From: Candidatus Firestoneibacteriota bacterium
Lineage (GTDB): Bacteria > Oederibacteriota > D2-FULL-39-29
Direction of reading: 5' to 3'
Assembly: GCA_903891415.1 (NCBI GenBank)
Contig: CAITEH010000085.1
Span: 24,560 to 88,559, forward strand
DNA length: 64,000 nt
Each line of letters opens with the position of its first letter. Positions within the stretch are counted from its first letter, which is position 1. A program made the position numbers and the translations under genes. Positions 9,244 through 19,621 of this stretch are shown here, one piece after another. The notes beneath the pieces are model-generated. The model was not told the origin of the DNA and did not search any database. It saw only the letters and a program-made list of their open reading frames with translations.

Positions 9244-9273
9244 TGGTCTATAAAAGTCTGTAAGAGTCTGTAA
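9234..9273 (+). repeat. Four tandem 10-mers overlapping the miaB stop
   Basis: AAGTCTATAA TGGTCTATAA AAGTCTGTAA GAGTCTGTAA. Confidence 0.8.
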
Positions 9274-9287
9274 AGGAGAAAATTATT

Positions 9288-9968
9288 GTGGAAATTATCA
9301 AGACCGACGAAAAGCTGCTAACCTCTCCCATGACCGTTAAGGAACTCCTTATTTATTATTCCTGCGTTAAAGGTAAGATAAGGGGCCGGCTTAAAGAGTT
9401 TGAAGAGGCAGGCAAAGAGAACGACCGGAGATTATTTGAAGAACTTTGTTTTTGTATCTTTACCGCGAATGCTTCCGCGAAGATGGGCGCTGTCTGCGTA
9501 GAAAGGATACGCCCGGTGCTTTTGACCGCTTCTGCGGCGGAACTTCAGGAAAAAATAAAGGGGCATTACCGCTTCTGGCGGATAAGGCCTGAATATATCG
9601 TGCATACAAGAGAGTATCTGAGGAAGGAATACGGGCTGAAAATGCGGAAATTACTGGACTCTTTTAAAGACCGTGATTCGCTAAGGGATTTCTTCGCGAA
9701 AAATAAGGGAATTAAGGGGATAGGTTATAAAGAGGCCAGTCATTTTCTGCGGAATATCGGCATAAAAGGTTATGGCATAATGGATAAACATATCTTAAAA
9801 TGCCTCTGTGAATTTGGTATAATATGCGAAGTTAAGCCGGTCAATACCAAAGAAAAATACCTGGCAATGGAAGAAAAGCTTAAAGAGTTTTCAAAAAAAA
9901 TAAAAGTTGATCTGGACGAACTTGACCTGCTGCTTTGGTCCAGCAAGACGGGGGAAATACTTAAGTAA
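9288..9968 (+). CDS. ogg: 8-oxoguanine DNA glycosylase/AP lyase (Ogg2, archaeal/Thermotoga type)
   Basis: FEELCFCIFTAN, HhH GIGYKEASHFLRNIG, MDKHIL, terminal TGEILK. Confidence 0.9.
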   Translation: MEIIKTDEKLLTSPMTVKELLIYYSCVKGKIRGRLKEFEEAGKENDRRLFEELCFCIFTANASAKMGAVCVERIRPVLLTASAAELQEKIKGHYRFWRIRPEYIVHTREYLRKEYGLKMRKLLDSFKDRDSLRDFFAKNKGIKGIGYKEASHFLRNIGIKGYGIMDKHILKCLCEFGIICEVKPVNTKEKYLAMEEKLKEFSKKIKVDLDELDLLLWSSKTGEILK

Positions 9969-9969
9969 C

Positions 9970-10000
9970 GATTACTAATAACTAATTGCTGATTGCTGAT
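9970..10000 (+). repeat. Four tandem AT-rich heptamers
   Basis: GATTACT AATAACT AATTGCT GATTGCT GAT just before the kdsB RBS. Confidence 0.7.
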
Positions 10001-10009
10001 AAAGGAAAA

Positions 10010-10759
10010 ATGAAAAAGAGGATAGTGGGGATGATACCGGCCAGGCTCGGGTCGACGCGGTTTCCGGAGAAAGTTCTTGCTCCCATTCTCGGAAAGCCCA
10101 TGCTCTGGTGGGTCTGGAAAGAGGCAAAGAAAGTAAAATGTTTGTCCGAGGTTTATATTGCTACCGATAGTAAAAAGATATTTGAGGTTGTTGAAAAATT
10201 CGGGGGCAAGCCGGTTATGACCTCCAAAAAGCATAAAAGCGGTACGGACAGGATAGCTGAAGCGGTTAAGGGTATTAAAGCAGATATAGTGGTGAACATT
10301 CAGGGTGATGAACCTTTAATAAAAGCCGCCATGATAGCCCGGGCCGCCGGGCCGCTCCTAAAAGACGCCGGCCTCCGCATGAGCACGCTTGTTTACAGGT
10401 CCGCGGACAAAAAGCTTCTTAAGGACGGCAATATAGTCAAAGTCGCGGTGGATAAGAACGGGTACGCGCTGTATTTTTCCAGAGCTGTTATACCCTCCCT
10501 GGAAAGAGCCGTGAGTTTTGAGTATTTTTTTAAGCACATCGGGGTCTACGTTTATAGAAAAGATTTTCTCCTAAAATATGTTAAAATGAAGCAGACCAGA
10601 ATGGAAAAGATAGAAAAACTTGAGCAGCTGCGGGTGCTGGAAAACGGCTTTAAGATCAAGACCGTGGAGACGCCGTTTGACACGCTGCCCGTGGATACGA
10701 AGCAGGAATTGGCCAGGGTCATAAAAATAATAAAAAAGGGCGGGCTAAAGCGGCCTTAA
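10010..10759 (+). CDS. kdsB: CMP-Kdo synthetase
   Basis: IPARLGSTRFPEK, SGTDRIAE, VNIQGDEP, EKLEQLRVLENG. Confidence 0.95.
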   Translation: MKKRIVGMIPARLGSTRFPEKVLAPILGKPMLWWVWKEAKKVKCLSEVYIATDSKKIFEVVEKFGGKPVMTSKKHKSGTDRIAEAVKGIKADIVVNIQGDEPLIKAAMIARAAGPLLKDAGLRMSTLVYRSADKKLLKDGNIVKVAVDKNGYALYFSRAVIPSLERAVSFEYFFKHIGVYVYRKDFLLKYVKMKQTRMEKIEKLEQLRVLENGFKIKTVETPFDTLPVDTKQELARVIKIIKKGGLKRP

Positions 10760-10780
10760 AATATTTTTAAGGAGAGTCTG

Positions 10781-12412
10781 ATGGCAAAGTTTATATTTGT
10801 GACGGGGGGTGTTGTTTCCTCACTGGGTAAAGGCATTACAAGCGCGTCCATAGGATGCCTGCTTGAATCAAGGGGCTTGAAGGTCACTCTCCAGAAATTT
10901 GATCCCTATATAAATGTTGATCCCGGCACCATGAACCCTTACCAGCACGGTGAGGTTTTTGTGACCGATGACGGCGCGGAAACCGACCTGGATCTGGGCC
11001 ATTACGAAAGATTTACCAGCGCGGTCCTTACCCGGGACAACAACATAACGACCGGCCAGATATATAATTCGGTGATCTCGAAGGAAAGAAAAGGCGAATA
11101 CCTGGGGAAGACCATCCAGGTGATACCGCATATCACAAATGAGATCAAAGAAAGGATCCACAAAGTTGCCCGGGACAAGGAAGTTGACGTGGCCATAATT
11201 GAAATAGGCGGAACTGTCGGAGATATCGAATCCCTGCCGTTCCTTGAAGCGATCAGGCAGTTCAAAAAAGATGTAGGAAAAGAAAATGTTATCTACGTAC
11301 ATGTGACCCTGGTGCCGCACATCAGCACGGCCGGTGAATTAAAGACCAAACCCACCCAGCATTCGGTGGCCCAGCTCAGGGGCATCGGTATTCAGCCGGA
11401 CATTCTTATTTGCCGTTCCCAGCGGCCTCTCACAAAAGATGTAAGGAACAAACTGGCGCTGTTTTGTAATGTGGAGGAAGAAGGAGTTATCCAGAATCTG
11501 GACGCGCAATCGGTATACGAACTTCCGCTCATGCTCAAGGAAGACGGGCTGGATATAATAATAATGAAATTATTAAATCTGCGGTACGGAAAACAAAATA
11601 TCTCCAGCTGGGAAAAGGCCGTGCAGAAAATAGTAAATCCTTCCAAAACGGTCAATATAGGTATAGTCGGAAAATACGTGGAATTGCTGGATGCCTATAA
11701 GAGTATTATTGAGGCCTTCGTGCACGCAGGCAGTGCCAATGATGCCAGAGTTAAACTGTGCTGGATAGAAGCGGATTCGGTCATCAAATGCGGCGCTAAA
11801 GCATCTCTTTGCGAGGTGGACGGGATCCTGGTTCCCGGAGGTTTTGGGGGCAGGGGCATTGAAGGCAAAATAGAGGCCATCAGATATGCCCGGGAGAATA
11901 AAATGCCGTTTTTCGGTATCTGCCTCGGCATGCAGTGCGCGGTCATTGAGTTCGCCCGGAATGTGGCGGGGCTTAAGGACGCGAACAGCACGGAATTCGA
12001 TGAAAAAACCACCCATAAAGTAATAACCCTGCTGGACAGCCAGCGGAATGTTACCGATAAAGGCGGTACCATGCGCCTCGGGGCCTGGGACTGCAAGCTT
12101 GCAAGGGATACCAAGTCCTTTGAGGCCTACGGAAAAGAACTGATCTCTGAGCGCCACAGGCACAGATATGAATTCAATAATGAATACCGGCAGGCCTTTA
12201 AAACAAAAGGTTTGAAACTGGCCGGGACCACAATGGACGGGGGACTGGTGGAAATAGTTGAGCTTCCATCCCACCCCTGGTTTGTAGGAGTCCAGTTCCA
12301 TCCGGAATTCAAGTCCAGGCCTTTAAGCCCGCACCCGCTATTTGCAAACTTTGTAAAAGCAGCGCTTGCAGGGAAGGAAAAACAGCCTCCTGTTAAAAAG
12401 AAGGTAAAATGA
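10781..12412 (+). CDS. pyrG: CTP synthase
   Basis: [41 protein letters not shown]. Confidence 0.98.
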   Translation: MAKFIFVTGGVVSSLGKGITSASIGCLLESRGLKVTLQKFDPYINVDPGTMNPYQHGEVFVTDDGAETDLDLGHYERFTSAVLTRDNNITTGQIYNSVISKERKGEYLGKTIQVIPHITNEIKERIHKVARDKEVDVAIIEIGGTVGDIESLPFLEAIRQFKKDVGKENVIYVHVTLVPHISTAGELKTKPTQHSVAQLRGIGIQPDILICRSQRPLTKDVRNKLALFCNVEEEGVIQNLDAQSVYELPLMLKEDGLDIIIMKLLNLRYGKQNISSWEKAVQKIVNPSKTVNIGIVGKYVELLDAYKSIIEAFVHAGSANDARVKLCWIEADSVIKCGAKASLCEVDGILVPGGFGGRGIEGKIEAIRYARENKMPFFGICLGMQCAVIEFARNVAGLKDANSTEFDEKTTHKVITLLDSQRNVTDKGGTMRLGAWDCKLARDTKSFEAYGKELISERHRHRYEFNNEYRQAFKTKGLKLAGTTMDGGLVEIVELPSHPWFVGVQFHPEFKSRPLSPHPLFANFVKAALAGKEKQPPVKKKVK

Positions 12413-13227
12413 AAAATAATACAGCATACGACTACAAAAAAAATAGAGGCAGTTTCACTCTGATCTCAGGGCCCTGCGTGATCGAATCCGAAGGGCTTTG
12501 CCTTGAAATTGCCCGGGAGATAAAAAAGATAGCCGGGGAACTGGAGATACCGTTCGTCTTTAAAGCGTCCTACGACAAAGCGAACAGGACTGCGGTAGAA
12601 AATTACCGGGGGCCGGGGCTTAAGGCCGGCTTGAAAATACTTGAGAAAGTCAAAGAAAAAACGGGAGTACCTGTTTTAACGGATGTGCATAGCTGCGAAG
12701 AAGTTGAAGCAGCTTCAAAAGTGGTGGATATCATTCAAATACCCGCCTACCTTTGCCAGCAAACCTCGCTTACCATTAAGGTGGCTGAGACGGGGAAAAC
12801 TGTTAATATCAAAAAAGCCCAGTTTCTTTCCCCCTGGGATATAAAAAAAGTGATCAATAAGGTGAAGTCAACGGGCAACGAGAAAATAATAATCACTGAA
12901 AGGGGTTCGGTTTTCGGATACAGCACGCTGATCACGGATATGAGGGCTTTTACGATAATGAAAGCTTATGGTTATCCCGTGATCTTTGATGTGACGCATG
13001 CCGTGCGTATCCCGGGTTTTACCAGCGCTGACGCGAGAGGCGGGACCCCCGAGATGATATTGCCGATGGCCCTGGCGGGTGTAGGCGCGGGGAGCGACGG
13101 CTTGTTCATAGAAACTCATCCGAATTGTAAAGAAGCGCTCTGTGATGCTTCTTCCATGCTGCAGCTTGACCGCTTAAAAGAACTCCTTATTAAAGCAAAA
13201 AAAGTTTATGAGATAGTAAGGAATTAA
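12409..13227 (+). CDS. kdsA: Kdo-8-phosphate synthase
   Basis: [35 protein letters not shown]; operon context. Confidence 0.93.
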   Translation: MKNNTAYDYKKNRGSFTLISGPCVIESEGLCLEIAREIKKIAGELEIPFVFKASYDKANRTAVENYRGPGLKAGLKILEKVKEKTGVPVLTDVHSCEEVEAASKVVDIIQIPAYLCQQTSLTIKVAETGKTVNIKKAQFLSPWDIKKVINKVKSTGNEKIIITERGSVFGYSTLITDMRAFTIMKAYGYPVIFDVTHAVRIPGFTSADARGGTPEMILPMALAGVGAGSDGLFIETHPNCKEALCDASSMLQLDRLKELLIKAKKVYEIVRN

Positions 13228-13233
13228 AAGAAA

Positions 13234-13427
13234 GGTGCTAGGTCCTGGGTTTTAGGTACAAGGAAAAAAAGAAAAAGATAAGAAAAGGAAAAAATAAAGG
13301 TTTTGGGTTCTGGGGAGAAAAAGGATAAAGGAAAGTACCGGGTAACGGAAAAAATCAAAAGGATTTTTACCTAGCACCTAAAACCTAACACCTAACACCC
13401 AGCACCTTGCAGTTAACACCTATAACC
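13234..13427. repeat. Inverted heptamer-array element (kdsA-kdsD)
   Basis: Left GGTGCTA GGTCCTG GGTTTTA GGTACAA; A/G-rich spacer; right TAGCACC TAAAACC TAACACC TAACACC CAGCACC .. TAACACC TATAACC. Confidence 0.88.
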
Positions 13428-13450
13428 TGTAGTTCTCTTGGAGAAGAAAA

Positions 13451-14419
13451 ATGCCATCAGATAAATATATAATAAAAAAAGCCGGGGAAGTTTTAAAAAT
13501 AGAAGCCGAAGCTGTTAACGGCCTGAAAAAAAGTATGAATGCTGATTTTCTCCGGGCTGTCAGGTTGATCCTCAATTGCGCAGGACGGGTTATTGTAACA
13601 GGTATAGGCAAATCCGGAATAATGGCAAGAAAGATAGCTGCCACCCTGGCCTCTACCGGTACGCCTGCGATCTTTCTTCATTCAACGGAAGGCCTGCACG
13701 GGGATCTGGGGGCGGTTACAAAACGCGATGTGGTTATTGCTTTGTCCCAGAGCGGAGAATCCAGGGAAGTATTGGAGATCCTGCCGGCAATAAAAAAAAT
13801 AGGCGCAAAACTGATCGTATTTACGGGGGATAAAAACTCGTCCCTGGCGGAAAAAAGCGATCTCTGTCTTGATGTTTCGGTAAAAAAAGAGGCCTGTCCT
13901 TTAAATCTGGCACCGACAGCGTCCTGCATGGCGCAACTGGCCATGGGTGACGCCCTGGCTATAGCGCTTCTTATTAAAAGAGGTTTCAAGGAAGAGGATT
14001 ACGCGCTTTTACATCCCGGCGGCTCCCTGGGCAGAAAACTTAAGACGGTGGAAGATGTTATGAGGCGCGGCGCGGATATTCCCCGGGTCGGGGAAAAAAT
14101 GAATATGGAAAAAGTTATTTTTGAAATGACCTCAAAGAAAATGGGCTGCACCTGTGTGGTTAACGGCGCGGGAAAGCTTACGGGAATAATAACCGATCAG
14201 AATTTAAGGAATCACCTGCAAAGAGACCGCAATATTATGAAAAAGCGGGCCGCTGAGATCATGACCAGGCATCCCAAAACCATCGCCAAAGAAGCCCTGG
14301 TTGACGAAGCTATAACAATGACCGGGGAAAGATCCATAAGCACGCTGCTTATCGTGGATAAAGCACAAAAACCGCTGGGCATAGTTCACCTGCATGATCT
14401 TCTGAAATTGGACAGATAA
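13451..14419 (+). CDS. kdsD: Arabinose-5-phosphate isomerase (KpsF/GutQ, SIS plus CBS)
   Basis: GIGKSG..KIAATLASTGTPA, HGDLG, EACPLNLAPT, HPGGSLG, two CBS domains. Confidence 0.95.
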   Translation: MPSDKYIIKKAGEVLKIEAEAVNGLKKSMNADFLRAVRLILNCAGRVIVTGIGKSGIMARKIAATLASTGTPAIFLHSTEGLHGDLGAVTKRDVVIALSQSGESREVLEILPAIKKIGAKLIVFTGDKNSSLAEKSDLCLDVSVKKEACPLNLAPTASCMAQLAMGDALAIALLIKRGFKEEDYALLHPGGSLGRKLKTVEDVMRRGADIPRVGEKMNMEKVIFEMTSKKMGCTCVVNGAGKLTGIITDQNLRNHLQRDRNIMKKRAAEIMTRHPKTIAKEALVDEAITMTGERSISTLLIVDKAQKPLGIVHLHDLLKLDR

Positions 14420-14421
14420 AA

Positions 14422-14967
14422 ATGAAAAGTTACCGGATCATAATTGTTTTAGGCCTGCTTGCCGTACTCGGCTGCAGCAGGCAGGGCCGGCAGGCCTCGC
14501 TCGCGGAGAAGACCCGCGAAGTGGTCACCATGCGCGGATTTCACATGGTGCAGACCGACCTGGGTGTCAAAAAATATATTATTGACGCGGATGAAGCCAA
14601 TATCAATCCCCGGGTAAAACTGATAAGTTTCAAAGTTGTAAAGACAAAATACTACGATAAAGAAAAAGAGATCGCGAACCTGAGATCCGACACGGGAGTT
14701 ATTCACACGGACACGAATGACATAGAAGTGAAAGGCAATGTGCTGCTTAAGACCACGGACGGTTCCCGGCTGGAAACAGAAAGCCTGACCTGGAGCAACG
14801 CAAAGAACAAACTTAGAACTGAGGCCTTTGTGAAAGTTTTCAGAGGGGATAATGTAATGTCCGGCTACGGCATGGAATCAGATCTTCTGCTGGAAAATGT
14901 AACTATCAAAAAAGTCAGCACCAGAATATCGGATCTGGAGACTTTCAAAGAAAAAGGAAAAAAATGA
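14422..14967 (+). CDS. lptC: LPS export protein LptC
   Basis: N-terminal lipobox-like anchor; beta-jellyroll motif RLETESLTW; position before lptA-lptB. Confidence 0.85.
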   Translation: MKSYRIIIVLGLLAVLGCSRQGRQASLAEKTREVVTMRGFHMVQTDLGVKKYIIDADEANINPRVKLISFKVVKTKYYDKEKEIANLRSDTGVIHTDTNDIEVKGNVLLKTTDGSRLETESLTWSNAKNKLRTEAFVKVFRGDNVMSGYGMESDLLLENVTIKKVSTRISDLETFKEKGKK

Positions 14968-15617
14968 AGCAGCTTCCGGGCCTCGTACTTGCGCTGCTGC
15001 TGGCAGGAAATATTACGGCGGCTGAGATGAAAGTTGATAAGGATACACCTCTGGAAATTACGGCAAAGAAAGTGGTGGGCAACAGCAAGACGCGGGAAGT
15101 CACCTATTCCGGAGAAGTGGTACTCAAACATGACGGAAATATATTGAGATCGGAAAAACTGGTCCTGCTGCCGGGCAATAACAAAATAATCGCGGAAACT
15201 AACGTAAAATTTTTCAGCGGGAATAAGCAGGTGGAAATAACCGGAGGTTATACCGAATACCTGAAAGACACGGGGCAGCTCACCATGAAAATAGCCCCCG
15301 TCCTTTTCTTGAAGGATAAAGAAGGAGTAGAGACCAATATTAAAGGCGATGTAGTGGATGTCTATAATGCAGGCGCTCGCGCGGTCGTAAGCGGGAAAGT
15401 TGAAATAAGGCGTGAGGATCTGACCATTTATTGCGGGAACGCCGATTATGACAGGCCGTCAGACAGGATAAAACTTGAAGGCCACCCGAAAGTACTGCAG
15501 GGGAAGAACACCTATGAAGGGGAACTCATTAATATAACCATTAAAGACAGAAAATTGACCGCGGACAGGAATGTAAAAGCCCGGATCTACACGGAAGAGA
15601 AAAAAAATGTTAATTAA
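14964..15617 (+). CDS. lptA: LPS transport periplasmic protein LptA/OstA-like
   Basis: Signal peptide, PLEITA, repeated OstA-like strands, [10 protein letters not shown]; synteny. Confidence 0.75.
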   Translation: MKQLPGLVLALLLAGNITAAEMKVDKDTPLEITAKKVVGNSKTREVTYSGEVVLKHDGNILRSEKLVLLPGNNKIIAETNVKFFSGNKQVEITGGYTEYLKDTGQLTMKIAPVLFLKDKEGVETNIKGDVVDVYNAGARAVVSGKVEIRREDLTIYCGNADYDRPSDRIKLEGHPKVLQGKNTYEGELINITIKDRKLTADRNVKARIYTEEKKNVN

Positions 15618-16326
15618 AACCGAAGGACTTGCAAAAAAATATAAGAACCACTTTGTGGTGGACGGCGTTAATATTGAAGTAAAAAAAGGGGAGATAGTAG
15701 GCCTGCTGGGCCCCAACGGCGCCGGGAAAAGCACCACTTTCTATATGATCGTAGGCCTGATCAAACCGGATGCCGGCAGGGTCTTTATAGGCAGTAATGA
15801 CGTGACAAAATGCCCGACTTATGAGCGCGCGAAATTCGGGGTCGGCTATCTTCCCCAGGAACCGTCCATTTTCAGGAAGCTTTCGGTGGCAGATAATATA
15901 ATGGCCATTCTGGAGTCGCTGGATATACCGCAGGAAGAAAAAGAGAAAACTTTAAATACGCTGCTTGCCGAGTTTAATATTGAAAGGTTAAGAAAAAACA
16001 TGGCCTATACTCTTTCCGGCGGGGAAAGGAGAAGAGTGGAAATAGCGCGGGCGCTGGTCACTAATCCTTCCTTTCTGCTGCTGGATGAACCGTTTGTCGG
16101 GATAGATCCTATTACGGTCACCGATATTCAGCAGGTTATCTCCCAATTAAGAAAAAAGGGCCTCGGCATACTGATAACCGATCATAATGTCAGAGAGACC
16201 CTTTCGATAACCGACAGGGCCTATATAATGTATGAAGGGAAGATCCTGCTTTCGGGGGACGCAAAAAAACTTTCCACGGATAAGAAGGCCAGGGAATTCT
16301 ACCTGGGCGAGAAATTTACTCTTTAA
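15607..16326 (+). CDS. lptB: LPS export ABC ATPase LptB
   Basis: [49 protein letters not shown]. Confidence 0.96.
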   Translation: MLIKTEGLAKKYKNHFVVDGVNIEVKKGEIVGLLGPNGAGKSTTFYMIVGLIKPDAGRVFIGSNDVTKCPTYERAKFGVGYLPQEPSIFRKLSVADNIMAILESLDIPQEEKEKTLNTLLAEFNIERLRKNMAYTLSGGERRRVEIARALVTNPSFLLLDEPFVGIDPITVTDIQQVISQLRKKGLGILITDHNVRETLSITDRAYIMYEGKILLSGDAKKLSTDKKAREFYLGEKFTL

Positions 16327-16373
16327 GATGACAAAAATCATAAAAGAAATATGAGAAAAGCTTATAATATAAA

Positions 16374-16889
16374 ATGAAAAATATGAAGATCCTTAAATAC
16401 GGCAGCCCGGTGCTGCGCAAGAAGGCCGCGAAAATAACCAGGATAGACCAGCGGATAAAAGAGCTGGCTGAAGCCATGATGAAAAGCATGCATGCCTCCA
16501 AAGGTATAGGTTTGGCCGCCAATCAGATAGGAATACTTGAGAGGCTGGTCACGGTCGATACCGGCAGGGGCGAAAAAAAAGGCGATGTGCTTTGCCTGGT
16601 CAATCCGGAAATAACGGAGCATGAAGGCAGCGCGCGTTTCGAAGAAGGGTGTCTTTCTTTCCCCGAGATCTTCGCCGACGTTGACCGTCCCGCGAAGGTC
16701 CGCGTAAAATACCAGGACCTTGAGGGCGCTGTTTGCGAGGTGGCCGCCGAGGGCGTGCTGGCCAGGGTGCTGCAGCACGAGATAGATCATTTGAACGGGG
16801 TTCTTTTTGTGGATAAAATAAGCAAAATTAAATATTTATTATTGAGTAAAAGGCTGAAAGAGCTGGAAAGAGCCACCAGGGCAAAATGA
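16374..16889 (+). CDS. def: Peptide deformylase
   Basis: GIGLAANQIG, EGCLS, QHEIDHLNG. Confidence 0.96.
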   Translation: MKNMKILKYGSPVLRKKAAKITRIDQRIKELAEAMMKSMHASKGIGLAANQIGILERLVTVDTGRGEKKGDVLCLVNPEITEHEGSARFEEGCLSFPEIFADVDRPAKVRVKYQDLEGAVCEVAAEGVLARVLQHEIDHLNGVLFVDKISKIKYLLLSKRLKELERATRAK

Positions 16890-17830
16890 AGATACTTTTT
16901 TACGGTACGGCGGAAACCTCTGCCAGAGTTCTGAAAAAGCTCTTTGACACGGGCAAACACGAGCTCGAAGTTATCACGGCCTGCGATAAACCGCGCGGCC
17001 GGGGACAGAAGGTCAATTGCTGTGAAGTGAAAGGCCTGGCGGAACTGCTTGGGTTAAAGTATTATCAGCCGGAGAATATTAAAGAGCCCGGCTTTTACGA
17101 AAAACTTTCCGGCAAGGCCTATGATCTTGGCGTAGTGGCGGCGTACGGGCAGATAATAAGCGAAAAACTTTTAAAACTGCCGGCGGCGGGGACCATAAAT
17201 CTCCATTTTTCCCTGCTCCCCGGGTACCGCGGGGCCGCCCCTTATAACTGGGCTTTGATAAACGGGGAAAAAAGTACCGGCGTAACTGTCATGTTCGTGG
17301 AAAAAAAGCTGGATTCCGGGGACATTGTTCTCCAAAAAGAAGTACCTATTGCCCCGGAGGATAATTCCGGTACCTTGCTTGAGAAACTTACGGAAGCGGG
17401 CAGCGGGCTGCTTTTAGAAGCTGTGGAACTGATCGGGCAAAAAAAAGCTGTGAGGATAAAACAGAACGAAACACAAGCGACTTACTTCGGTAAACTGCCG
17501 GATTCCATCTTTGAAATAGACTGGCAGAAAAGCGCTTTGGAAATAAATTATCTTGTTCGAGGCCTGGCGCCGGAGCCCGGAGCTTTTTCAACCTTAAACG
17601 GGAAGCTGGTTAAGATACTAAAAACTTCTATACTCTCGCATGGGGATTTTTCGGGGAAACCCGGGGAAATAAAAGAAATAGTGAAGGGGCGCGGCTTGCC
17701 GGTAGGCACGGGTAAAGGCGGCCTGCTCATAGAAAGGATAAAGCCGGAAGGTAAAAAGGAAATGTCTGTTATTGATTATATTAGAGGGAACCCTATATTG
17801 CCGGGAACAGTATTTGAAAGATCTAAGTGA
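16886..17830 (+). CDS. fmt: Methionyl-tRNA formyltransferase
   Basis: DKPRGRG, AAYGQII, NLHFSLLPGYRGAAP, LDSGD. Confidence 0.95.
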   Translation: MKILFYGTAETSARVLKKLFDTGKHELEVITACDKPRGRGQKVNCCEVKGLAELLGLKYYQPENIKEPGFYEKLSGKAYDLGVVAAYGQIISEKLLKLPAAGTINLHFSLLPGYRGAAPYNWALINGEKSTGVTVMFVEKKLDSGDIVLQKEVPIAPEDNSGTLLEKLTEAGSGLLLEAVELIGQKKAVRIKQNETQATYFGKLPDSIFEIDWQKSALEINYLVRGLAPEPGAFSTLNGKLVKILKTSILSHGDFSGKPGEIKEIVKGRGLPVGTGKGGLLIERIKPEGKKEMSVIDYIRGNPILPGTVFERSK

Positions 17831-18065
17831 TAGGTACTAAGTGATAGGTGCTGGGTGCTAGGTCCTGGGGACTGGGAAAAAAAAGTTCCAAAACCTAACA
17901 CCTAGTCCTCCAAAACTGAGTTTTGGAGAGATCTCGCCTTTAGGCGGAAACCGAGAACCTGTTTTTAAAGGAGAACGTTGGGGAAATAGGTAAGTGATAG
18001 GTACTAGGTCCTGGGGGCTGGGGACTGGGAAAAGAAAAATGTTCCAAAACCTAGCACCTAGAACC
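17826..18065. repeat. Two tandem inverted heptamer-array elements (fmt-htpX)
   Basis: Copy 1 at 17826-17959 and copy 2 at 17993-18065 share AGTGATAGGTACTA..GGTCCTGGGG..ACTGGGAAAA..GTTCCAAAACCTARCACCTAG; each is followed by AAGGAGAAC. Confidence 0.88.
17906..17948. mobile_element. 43-bp palindromic insertion element
   Basis: TCCTCCAAAACTGAGTTTTGGAGAGATCTCGCCTTTAGGCGGA splits a TAG|AACC heptamer that is intact in the adjacent copy (18059-18065). Confidence 0.65.
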
Positions 18066-18087
18066 CTTCTTAAAAAGGAGAACTTAA

Positions 18088-18951
18088 ATGAACGCATTGA
18101 AAACAACTGTTTTGCTTGCAGCTTTGATGGGTATTTTTATATTTTTCGGGGGGATTTTCGGGGGAAAAAGCGGAGTAATAATAGCTTTCATTATCGGAAT
18201 GCTGATGAATCTTGTTATGTACTGGTTTTCCGACAGGATGATCTTATCCATGTATGGCGCCAAACCGCTTGCGGACGGAGAAGCACCCGAACTGGCCGGT
18301 ATGGTGCGGAACCTTGCTGCAAGGATGGACCTGCCGATGCCCAAGGTCTATATCATAAACATGGAAGCTCCAAATGCTTTTGCCACGGGAAGAGATCCGG
18401 AACATGCCGCGGTTGCCGTGAGCCCTTCCATAATGCAGCTGCTTTCCAAACATGAATTGGAAGCTGTGCTGGCACATGAACTTTCCCACATTAAACACAG
18501 AGATACTTTGATAGCGACGCTGGCGGCCGGAATTGCTTCCGCTATCTCCATGCTGGCAAATCTGGCTTATTTTTCGTCTTTCTTTGGAATGGGAAGCAGT
18601 AGTGATGAGGACAGGGGCAATCCGCTGGTAATGCTTCTTTTGGCGATACTGACGCCGATAGTCGCCATGTTTATCCAGCTGGCTATAAGCAGAGCGAGAG
18701 AGTTTGAAGCGGACAGCGGTTCGGCCATCGTTACGAACAGGCCGCAGAGCCTGGTCTCAGCGCTTGAAAAGATCCATGGTTATGCGAAAGAAGCGCCGCT
18801 CACGGGCGGTTCCCCCTCAACAGCCAGCCTGTTTATCGCTAATCCCTATAAAGAAAGTTTTATGGTAAATTTATTAAGCACGCATCCGACTTTAAGCAGA
18901 AGAATAAAAAATCTCCAGAAAACCGCGGAGACGCTGGGAATACCGTTTTAA
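18088..18951 (+). CDS. htpX: Zinc metalloprotease HtpX (M48)
   Basis: PNAFATGR, AHELSHIKHRD, SRAREFEAD, STHP. Confidence 0.94.
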   Translation: MNALKTTVLLAALMGIFIFFGGIFGGKSGVIIAFIIGMLMNLVMYWFSDRMILSMYGAKPLADGEAPELAGMVRNLAARMDLPMPKVYIINMEAPNAFATGRDPEHAAVAVSPSIMQLLSKHELEAVLAHELSHIKHRDTLIATLAAGIASAISMLANLAYFSSFFGMGSSSDEDRGNPLVMLLLAILTPIVAMFIQLAISRAREFEADSGSAIVTNRPQSLVSALEKIHGYAKEAPLTGGSPSTASLFIANPYKESFMVNLLSTHPTLSRRIKNLQKTAETLGIPF

Positions 18952-18973
18952 AAATAATACTAAGCGTAAGGAT

Positions 18974-19141
18974 GTTTGTAAGGTTTTTAAAGTCTATAAG
19001 GTTCGTAAGGTCTAAAATCGTTGAAGCTATATTGCCTGAAATACTTTGGTCGGGGAAAAGCCGGTAAATACAAAGTACGAAATTGATATTATATTGTTTA
19101 AAGACTTTATAAACTTTAGGAACTTTACGAACCTTATGAAC
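18974..19141. repeat. Inverted 9-mer-array element (htpX-iscU)
   Basis: Left GTTTGTAAG GTTTTTAAA GTCTATAAG GTTCGTAAG GTCTAAAAT; right TTTAAAGAC TTTATAAAC TTTAGGAAC TTTACGAAC CTTATGAAC (reverse complement of the same consensus). Confidence 0.88.
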
Positions 19142-19157
19142 TATTTTAGGAGGCAAT

Positions 19158-19610
19158 ATGGAAAGTTACAGCAATAAAGTCATGGAACATTTTAAGAATC
19201 CGAGAAATGTCGGAGAAATGGAAAAACCGGACGGTATAGGCCATGTGGGAAACCCGGTCTGCGGGGATATAATGGAACTCTATATCAGGGTCAAGGATAA
19301 CATTATAACCGATGCCAAATTCAAGACCTTCGGCTGCGGGGCCGCGATCGCGACAAGCAGTATGGTCACGGAACTGGTTAAGGGAAAGAATCTCGAAGAA
19401 GCCCTTAAGCTCACGAACCAGGCGGTAGTGGACGCACTGGACGGCCTGCCCAAAGTCAAACTTCACTGTTCGGTTCTCGCCGAACAGGCGCTAAAAAGGG
19501 CTATTGATGATTATTTAAAAAAGACAACCGGCAAAGGCCTGGGTTTACCGGAAACGGACCCGGACCATCATGAGGCTTGTGAACATGAGTTGCCGGAAGA
19601 ATTGAAATAG
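19158..19610 (+). CDS. iscU: Fe-S cluster scaffold IscU/NifU
   Basis: YSNKVMEHFKNPRNVG, NPVCGD, FKTFGCGAAIA, LPKVKLHCS. Confidence 0.93.
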   Translation: MESYSNKVMEHFKNPRNVGEMEKPDGIGHVGNPVCGDIMELYIRVKDNIITDAKFKTFGCGAAIATSSMVTELVKGKNLEEALKLTNQAVVDALDGLPKVKLHCSVLAEQALKRAIDDYLKKTTGKGLGLPETDPDHHEACEHELPEELK

Positions 19611-19621
19611 AACCTTTTTAT

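Noticed and set aside
17994-18455. 153-aa ORF starting in the repeat region
   Set aside because: Its N-terminus is translated heptamer repeat and the rest overlaps htpX out of frame.
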